This document shows positions 35,854 through 43,959 of a stretch of 43,959 nt of DNA, piece after piece. The position numbers were made by a program, and so were the translations under genes. The notes under the pieces were generated by a model that saw only the letters and a list, made by a program, of their open reading frames with translations, had not been told where the DNA came from and did not search any database. Source of the DNA: Octopus bimaculoides. Taxonomy: Eukaryota. The stretch is from positions 23,094,969 through 23,138,927 of the forward strand of contig NC_068985.1 of the NCBI RefSeq assembly GCF_001194135.2, read 5' to 3'. Every line of letters begins with the position of its first letter. Position 1 is the stretch's first letter.

Positions 35854-36260
35854 CATCATCATCATTAACATCCACTGCCCATGCTGGTATGGGTTGGACA
35901 GTTTGACATGGAGCTGGCTAGCAGGCAGCTGTCCAGATTCCAACTATCTGTTGTGGCATGGTTTCTATGGCTGGAAGCCCTTCTTTATGCCAACCACTTC
36001 AAAGGGTGTGCTGGGTGCTTTTTATGTGCACCAGCATGGGTGCATTAATGCAGCACAGGCACAGGTGCTTTTTAAGTGACATCAGCACCTGAAAGGACAA
36101 GCCTGTATGTGTGAAAGACAGTGATTTTACTTAGCTTGACATGTCTTATCAAGTACAGCAGATCGCCGCATCTCTCAGTCCCTTACCATTTCCTCAGTGA
36201 GACCCACCATCTAAAGATCCTTTCTCACCACTTCATCCCATGTCTTCCTGGGTCTATCCT
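35854..36260 (-). mobile_element. Older RTE-clade LINE 3' fragment
   Basis: Minus strand reads RPRKTWDEVVRKDL*MVGLTEEMVRD*EMRRSAVLDK (RTE ORF2 C-terminus), followed by a 3' UTR and tail similar to 1-142. Confidence 0.8.
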
Positions 36261-36899
36261 TTATAGGAAACATCTATCTCAACTAACCTCTTTCAGAAGT
36301 CATCGAGGTCAGTGACTTAATTTCATTCCCTTCACTTGTATTCCTGACCAACACACTGACTCATAATCCCTTTCTCATTTCTTAATAGATCTTCTACCAA
36401 ACCATGATAATTTCTGCTTTACTGGATCTCCTAAGATAGATTCCACCTCACATCAGTCTACCCCAAAATGACTCCTGCAGAACTCTTTCAATTCAACTAA
36501 CAGGTTGAAGCTCTATCGTCTTTATTCTGACTATCCCTGGCAGTAAATATATTTAATTTCTCATTCATCTGAAACAGTGACAGTAATATGATAATGCTAA
36601 GTATGACCATTCATACAACCAAAATTTACTACCCTATGACTAACTCATAGATGTGATGCAGCTGTACAGCTAATAAATACTGCCTACATGTAGAGAATGT
36701 TACCCACCATCTCCAATGAGGAGGATTACTCAATATCATAATGCCTGCTGCAAGACAAGCATAAACAATATTTTCATGCATTGCAGCCTTCAAATTCATG
36801 TCTCTTTCAGGTAAAGGCATATGAGTACATGTCAGGTATTTTGCTTTCTGTTCTACACTGCATACATATGCAAGACTCTACCCAAACTCTCTTTTTTTT

Positions 36900-38200
36900 T
36901 TTTGACTTAACTTGTTTTGCTGCCATATACATAGTCACTACATATAAACATTTATCTGATCCCCATATTACCACGTACTGACTAATCCAGACACTGCTCC
37001 TGGTATTACCCTCAAAGTATGCGCTGAGCTAATCTTACCTCAATCAAATTTTTCAATCTTGCACTATAAGGGTTTATCCTAATTCACGGAAACACATCAG
37101 CATGTTCTAATCTCAAGAAAGACAACCACTCTGCCTCTGCCAACTACTACTCTTTTACAGTCATTTATATCTTAAAGACGATAGAATTGTAAACAACCAC
37201 TTCCTTCACCTTGAATGTTATTAGTTGCTGTTGAGATTGGTCTATTGAAGAGCTACTCCCTAATGTCATACATAGTGGTTTTTCAATCTTGAAAACTTTG
37301 AAAATCTTGAAAATGTAGTAGGCCTTAACAGTTACAATGTTCACAACTGCTTCTGCAATGAGGATCTCAGAGTTCAGTTGCCCATCTATGGGTGCCAACC
37401 AGCTGTAATAATCTCTAGAATAGGAAGATTCTTGTCAGACTGCTTCATCATGGTGTGCATCAATGACTCACACATTATCAATTTTGATATACTTCAGTAT
37501 TCAGTTATGTTGCCACACTCTTCCTTCTGAGATTCGTAACTTTCTCACTGGCAGATGGTGCCCCACCCCAACCCCAACCCTGACTTTCAGTCCTACTTAA
37601 CCTTTCCCTCTCAGGCATCATTGCACATGCAAATTAGGCTTGAAGTACTTCTTTAAAGGACCTCAAAAACATCTGCCAATAACAGCATGACAATTTAGAC
37701 ACCTTCAACAATAGTAAAACACAGCCAGTACTCATATCAAGAAGTCTTACTTGCATATATAGGGATGAAGATAATGTGAAACACACAAGTCACTCACCAA
37801 AGATTAAAGATTCCTTCACCTCTACATTACAATGAGTACAAATGTGTTATTGATTCTTACAACTCTCTCTTCTTGTGATAACTACTTTTTTTTTTTCAAC
37901 TAATAAGCTACTTACCACCTCTATACAAGTTCACTCAATGAACCCACTCCTCTTCTTCCTTCTCTTCTTTCTCCTCTTACATTATTTTTGCTGCATCTCA
38001 CTTTCCAAATTCTGCTCTAAATACTTTGCTAAACCCCTTCTTAGCTTGATCTAATCCCTCTACAATTCCTTCCTTTGCACACACTTTTCCTATAAGCATC
38101 AACCTCTTAAATTCAGGTTAAACTTCAAATGCATCAATCTCATCAGTCCGATTGGGTGTTCAAAGGTCTTAACACAAATGACCTTGTTTTCTAACTAAAT
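36900..38200 (+). pseudogene. Heavily decayed CR1/L2/Jockey-group LINE reverse transcriptase
   Basis: Collinear relics: LKVCAELIL (LKxCAxEL), DNHSASANYY (SNYRPI region), SEIRNFLTGR, TFNNSKTQPVLISR, LYNS..HTFPISINL, ending in an A-rich tail. Clade uncertain. Confidence 0.6.
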
Positions 38201-38624
38201 AAATAAAAACAATTTTCACTTTCAGCATCACCACACTTGTCAGTGTCATTGTTATCATCAGTCATCATTACATTAATCATTACAACCATCAATATCACCA
38301 TCATCATCATCAGCACCATCACCCCTTCCCATCACCAACAATGACACTCATGCAAAGACCAACCTTATCACTACCATCATCATTATCATCATTATCAACA
38401 GCATCAGGCTTATGCTTCCATTACACTACTCTTACATTTGAACTATGCATTTGTAAATGTGTACGAACTGGAAAACTGCCAGAGTACTCTGATACAGATA
38501 AAATAAAATTTGGGTGGAGATAAAGGCTTCAGTAACTCTTGCGTTACCGGTATTGATGTCTGGGCCAGATCAGGTTGTAGTAAATGACTAATGACCAGCC
38601 AAGCTAGTTTCCTGAAGTAGTCAC

Positions 38625-38662
38625 CTATCAATTAGATCTTGAACTACTTTAACTTCAATAAT
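38625..38662 (-). CDS. Candidate short exon
   Basis: Acceptor CTCATTTTCTTACAG|, donor AG|GTGACT, 38 nt. Only phase 0 is open (IIEVKVVQDLID), and its end phase is compatible with 34227. Confidence 0.2.
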
Positions 38663-39317
38663 CTGTAAGAAAATGAGTTCAAACTGAAATTTATCAAAAC
38701 ACATCTAACAGAGGAACAACAAGTTGGTAAAATAAATGCAATACAGCTGATTCATTGAAGGAAAGCCTCTATGTGATTTCTCAGCCTAGAAGAAATAGCA
38801 GCTAAATCCTCCTTAAACTGCACCCAACCATCTTAGAAAAGGACATATTGGATAATATAATTTAAGGGACACTAATCCATAAAAAGAACAAAATGAGACA
38901 GGACATCAATTTAAGTATCCTTTTCAGTAATTTGTTGTTCAAAGCAGGACCATTAATTCTATGTATGGTATCAGATCACATGAGAATATAGCTTACAATA
39001 AGAGGAGAGCTAAAAAATGGAAATTATATCAATAACAAGTAACAGAAGATGATAAATAGGTTTCTCTATTTGTGTGAGTGTGTGTGGGTGTGTGTGTGTG
39101 TGTGTGGGTGAGTGTGTGTGTGTGTGCGTGTGTTGTGTGTGTGTGTGTGTGCATGTTTAGATGGGTGCAAGTGTGCTCAGACAGTGTATTAGAAGCCTGC
39201 TCAATGCTAACTTAATTATCATGGTGAACAATAACAGTGATACAATATTTAATTAGTCTGCAAATAAAATAGAATTGAACATACTCCGAAACAAAGAAAG
39301 CTAATAGACATATTAGT

Positions 39318-39318
<1 letters not shown>

Positions 39319-39372
<54 letters not shown>
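39319..39372. repeat. (GT)n microsatellite abutting a gap
   Basis: Directly visible. Confidence 0.95.
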
Positions 39373-39712
39373 NNNNNNNNNNNNNNNNNNNNNNNNNNNN
39401 NNNNNNNNNNNNNNNNNNNNNNNNNNNNNNNNNNNNNNNNNNNNNNNNNNNNNNNNNNNNNNNNNNNNNNNNNNNNNNNNNNNNNNNNNNNNNNNNNNNN
39501 NNNNNNNNNNNNNNNNNNNNNNNNNNNNNNNNNNNNNNNNNNNNNNNNNNNNNNNNNNNNNNNNNNNNNNNNNNNNNNNNNNNNNNNNNNNNNNNNNNNN
39601 NNNNNNNNNNNNNNNNNNNNNNNNNNNNNNNNNNNNNNNNNNNNNNNNNNNNNNNNNNNNNNNNNNNNNNNNNNNNNNNNNNNNNNNNNNNNNNNNNNNN
39701 NNNNNNNNNNNN
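39373..39712. other. Assembly gap (N run)
   Basis: Run of N. Confidence 1.
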
Positions 39713-39850
39713 ATGCTAGCCTGGAACACAATGTTAAATGATGATGATGATGATATATATATATAATGATATATTCCTCTTTTTTTCCATTGTGTACATC
39801 ATTTTGACTTTTGTTGTTTTTCTTGTTTCTGTTTTTGTTGTTGCTTTGCC

Positions 39851-39890
<40 letters not shown>

Positions 39891-40049
39891 AAATGTACAG
39901 TTAAACATCTAAATATACTGGAAACAATATAATCCATATGTACAAGTAAAAACAGGCTTGGAAAGATTGGTAAAATAGAGGCAGCAAGAAATTATACCCG
40001 ATAGCTAGAAGAGAAGCTAGACATCAAATTTACATAGCAGGGACAGGTA

Positions 40050-40391
40050 GATGTCATAGCCTACAACTGGCATAATAGCTTCATAGTCAACTGTTACAAG
40101 AATAAATAAGATGTCTTAAATAGAAGTAATTACAGAGGTACCAAATTGCTGGACCAGGTCAAGAACATATACTGAAAGAGTTATAGCCCAATTAATTAGG
40201 AAGAAAATTAGCCTAGATGAGATACAGTTTGCTTTGTACTACTGATGCCCTCTTTCTAATAAGACAACTGTAGAAGTATTTAGCTAAAAGTAAGCCACTG
40301 TACTTGTCACTCATCAGCCTGAAGAAAGCCTTCAAAAGGGTTCCTTGCACTGTGATCTAATGGTCTCTGAGGAAGCTAGGAGTAGACAAGC
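40050..40391 (+). pseudogene. RTE-clade reverse transcriptase fragment
   Basis: NWHNSFIVNCYKNK*DVLNRSNYRGTKLLDQV / TERVIAQLIRKKISLDEIQF / TTDALFLIRQL*KYLAKSKPLYLSLISLKKAFKRVP..WSLRKLGVDK. Confidence 0.88.
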
Positions 40392-41796
40392 TGCTTGTCT
40401 ACTCCTAGCATAATGTTGATATATAGTGAACATAGCATATAATTCACTGTCTTTCTGAGAATGTGTAGCCTGCTCTGGAGCAAGTATTATCACATAACAA
40501 ATCCAAGGTTATGCTACAGGGAGAGATGCAGAGCCCCGGGAACATTCTGTTCTACATAGAATAATGATTCTGTTTCTCTCAAAGCAAAGTGAAAGTGGCA
40601 GGCTAAGACATACTACTCTTTCAAAGTGAATAAACTAACAATTTAGTCAGCAGAAATGATTGCTAGCTCAGCTTAAAGCAATATAATAGACACAAGATGG
40701 AGGATATAGTAGTACACAAAAGAAATCAACAGAAGTAGATTTAGAGAAAAGAGACCATATTCTTAGAGATGAGGAAAATCCATGGAAAGGGAGAAGGAAA
40801 GCATTTAAAAAATAGGGAAAAAGAGATTGGGGTAAAGGAATAATGTGTGATGCAGAAATGGAGGGTAATAATAAGTTATGATTGAGAATGGAAAGGAAGG
40901 AAAAAGAAAGGAAATATAACAAAGCTGTTTGATACAGATAGACACAAACTAGAAGGAAGACAGGAAATGGAGTTGATTCAAAGAAGAGAAAGGAGAAAGA
41001 AGTAATAGCAAAGAGGATGGGAGGTTACATAGAATCAAATAATTTATTTTTGCATTGTTAGTTTAACAATCTCAAAATAAAGGATTTTGAAGATCTCACT
41101 ATAAATAATAGCAGCCTCCTCTCCTCCAAAATAAGAGCAGACAGGATAAAACGTAAAAGAAAGTTAATGTGTATAAAAAGAAGGATGGTGTGTGAGATAA
41201 GAAGAACACCTGGAAGAAGAGGTAAAATACATAAACAAAAACTAAAGAATTATAATCTCTGCTACAAGATCACAAAATGACTTGATGAATTGTTTTGAGG
41301 TGATGATATGAAGATAACAGAAAATACAAATGCAATCAGTCAGAAAGGAAATGAAAGACAAGAGAAAGAGTAGTGGAAGCAGTAAAACAAAGGGAAGTGA
41401 AGTAGTAAAGTGGATGTTAACATGCTTAATGTAGTGAGGCAAAAACATTTCGAGAAATTACATTGTACTCTGTAGAGAAGAGAAAAGAATCATTAGCTTA
41501 ATGATATTAATGATAAATTCTGATCAAGGAAGACATGGGGGACAACTCTGAAATTTAAATTAACAAAAATTAAATGGAGGTATACAGTTGGTAATGAGCC
41601 TGGCTTTTGGCAAGAACAATAACTCTGGGTGTGTTTCGGTCTTACTGGACCTTGTCAATAAGGTAAAGAGAAAATGTATGAGTATAATAAACATAAATGG
41701 TGATTGGATTAAATTCCTGCTAAGCTGGAAGGAAACTTCAGTTAACACATTCTTGGAAAAGATGAGGAAATGAAAACAGACAAACATATATATTTA

Positions 41797-42225
41797 GGTA
41801 TAAACATGACTGGATTGTTAAAAAGTTTTGTTTCCTGATTACAAGGTTTGATGTTCAGGACCACAACATGGCACCTTGGGCAAGTGTCTTCTACTATAAC
41901 CTCAGCCCAACTAAAACCTTGTGAGTGGATTTGGTAGGCGGAAACTGAAAGAAGCCTATCATATATATGCATGTGTGTATGTGTGTGTGTGTGTGTGTGC
42001 ACGCACGTGCATGCATGCGTGTGTGTGTGTGTCTGTGCTTCCTTGTCTTTATATCACATGGTTGTTGTAGGTAAATGTCATTCATTTTCAATATTCTGTA
42101 GAAATATGTCTGACCATGGGGAAATATCACCTTGCTTGGAAACAGGTGAGGTTTGGCGACAGGAAAAGCACTCAGCCATCGAAAATCTGCATCATGCAAG
42201 CATGGGAAGTGAGATGATGATGATG
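41797..42225 (+). mobile_element. Family A2 SINE
   Basis: ATGGCACCTTGGGCAAGTGTCTTCTACTATAACCTC...GGAAACTGAAAGAAGCC core, (GT)n, tail GGCGACAGGAAAAGCA...GCAAGCATGG then (GAT)n. Confidence 0.85.
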
Positions 42226-42299
42226 GTGGTGATTTGTCTATTGTATGCAGTAGCTGCAAAAATAATATGAATTGACATTTTCATGAAAAGAGATATTTA

Positions 42300-42465
42300 T
42301 CATCAGATGATCAACCTTACTGGTTTCAGAAGAATAATAAACTGGTATTTATTATACTTATGCCTCCCGCAAGAGCATTAGCAGACTCATCAACAAAATC
42401 AAATAGTAATAACCAAAACTGGGTCACCAATAAATTTTGATGAAAACCTCCCATTCTGAGATTTT
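42300..42465 (-). pseudogene. Short mariner-like transposase relic
   Basis: Minus strand: WEV followed, after a frameshift, by SANALAG, resembling mariner WEVL.HP.YSPDLAPSDYHLF..MANAL.G. The similarity is weak. Confidence 0.4.
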
Positions 42466-42511
42466 CAACATTTGCACACACATATGTATATACACATATA
42501 TATTTATATAC

Positions 42512-42557
<46 letters not shown>

Positions 42558-43096
42558 GTATGTATAAATATATACATATATGTATCTCTGTGTTTGATTA
42601 AATGTATGCCTATGTGCAGGATTACATAGAAATATGAGAATACATTTAAAGCTGGAAGTCTAATATAAAAAAATTCATCAGGACACACAACAGAGAAAAA
42701 TTACAACCTCAAAATACAGATACTAATTAACTGAATGCTTTTTACTGCCAAAAGGATACTAAATTGACCAAGGCGGTTGTCCACCATTTATGTAAAGCAC
42801 ATAAGAATATCCATCATGTGGTTTGCTATTTATGGAATAGTAATAAGGTAGATAGCTGTGTGGTTGAAAATTACGTCTTTCATAGAAACAGATGGCAGCA
42901 CTGTTGGTGGTTAACACATGCAAATAGATAGCCTTGCAGTTGTAGCGGTCCCGAGATGTAAGATAGGATAACAGGCTATCTAGTAGAAGCGAAGCTGCAA
43001 AATAAAATCAGTAGTCATATCAAAATAGATTCAAATATATTTTTCATATGATTACATTTTAGATTTCTTTCTTTTATATATTTATCTTTTTCTTTG

Positions 43097-43525
43097 ACTA
43101 GAATCATTAGAGCATTGAAAAATAAATAAATAAATGTCTTGCAGTATTTGTTTTGGCTCTTCACATTCTGAGTTCATATCTTGCTGAGGTCAACTTGGCC
43201 TTTCATCCTTTCAGGGTTAAGATAAAGTACTACTCAAATACTGAGGTCAGTATTGACTAACCCAGTCTCCTCAAAAGTGCTGGCATAGTGCTGAAATCAG
43301 ACACCAAGAAGGCAGATTTGCTACCATGCCAGACAAAATACTTAATGACATTTCCTCTGGCTTTTTACAGTCTGAGATCAAAACGTACCAAAGTCAACTT
43401 CACCTTTCATCCAGTCGTTGGGTAGGGTTGGTAAAATAAAGTACCAGTTAATACTGATGTCACTGTAATCAATAAACCCCTTCCTTGTTAAAATTACTGG
43501 CCTTGTGCCAAAACTGGAAAGCATA
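43097..43525 (+). mobile_element. Two decayed tandem family B SINEs
   Basis: AGAATCATTAG..CTGAGTTCA..GAGGTCAACTT.GCCTTTCATCC twice (about 43097-43305 and 43308-43525), ending GTGCCAAAACTGGAAAGC then ATTATT. Confidence 0.7.
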
Positions 43526-43897
43526 AACATTATTATTTTCATTAGTTTGCTTTTACTAGTAGCAGTGTTTTGTTTATCCATGCATATATTAATTTTGCAA
43601 GCTTTAGCAATTGTAATAAGTAGAATTCCTAATACTAGGTGCTGAATTGTGAATTAAGAATGGAACTTGTTGGTGATTAAGCCAAGCATCTGGTCAAAAA
43701 GTATAACATAGCAGTCGTGTTGACATTTGCACAGATGATCAATGGGGATATGCTGAGCTTTGGGCCAAAAGTATATAATGATCACACTGAAACATCATTT
43801 CCCTTAGAGATGCTTTTAATTTCTCTTATTAAACATTTCTTTTCTGTGAGGTATTACATTCTCCATTGTTAATACTAACACACTCACTGAAGTTTCC

Positions 43898-43902
<5 letters not shown>

Positions 43903-43956
<54 letters not shown>

Positions 43957-43959
43957 CAT
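43903..43959. repeat. (TA)n microsatellite
   Basis: Directly visible. Confidence 0.95.

Noticed and set aside
40420-41480. Purine-rich stretch possibly a minus-strand LINE 5' or endonuclease relic (similar low-complexity tract at 18880-19200)
   Set aside because: No diagnostic motif recovered; the ORFs there reflect compositional bias.
42326-42688. Protein-like ORF end (FDFVDESANALAGG) as an exon
   Set aside because: Better explained as a mariner relic plus a TA microsatellite; no usable donor before the stop.

Overview
This is AT-rich eukaryotic genomic DNA with four assembly gaps and many microsatellites. The SINE and LINE families look like those I associate with Octopus (coleoid cephalopod) genomes; that assignment is from recall and was not searched. 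I find no complete protein-coding gene, and almost all tracked ORFs are microsatellite or N-run artefacts. The window is mostly mobile-element debris: several tRNA-derived SINE families (my labels A, B, D), unclassified repeats (C, F), RTE-clade LINE fragments, one RLE-type (R4/Dong-like) LINE 3' fragment, a decayed CR1/L2-like LINE, and hAT, Tc1 and mariner transposase fossils. The best lead is a ~560 bp head-to-head palindromic dimer of a tRNA-headed element (12380-12939). Each arm ends in a minimal, Penelope-style hammerhead-ribozyme-like motif, and a third, decayed motif of the same design sits at 11324-11350. The second lead is a nest of elements inserted into (ATT)n tracts (16016-18195, echoed at 29704-30650), suggesting a microsatellite-targeting LINE plus non-autonomous partners. 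A few minus-strand exon candidates exist but are low confidence. All alignments and translations were done by eye.
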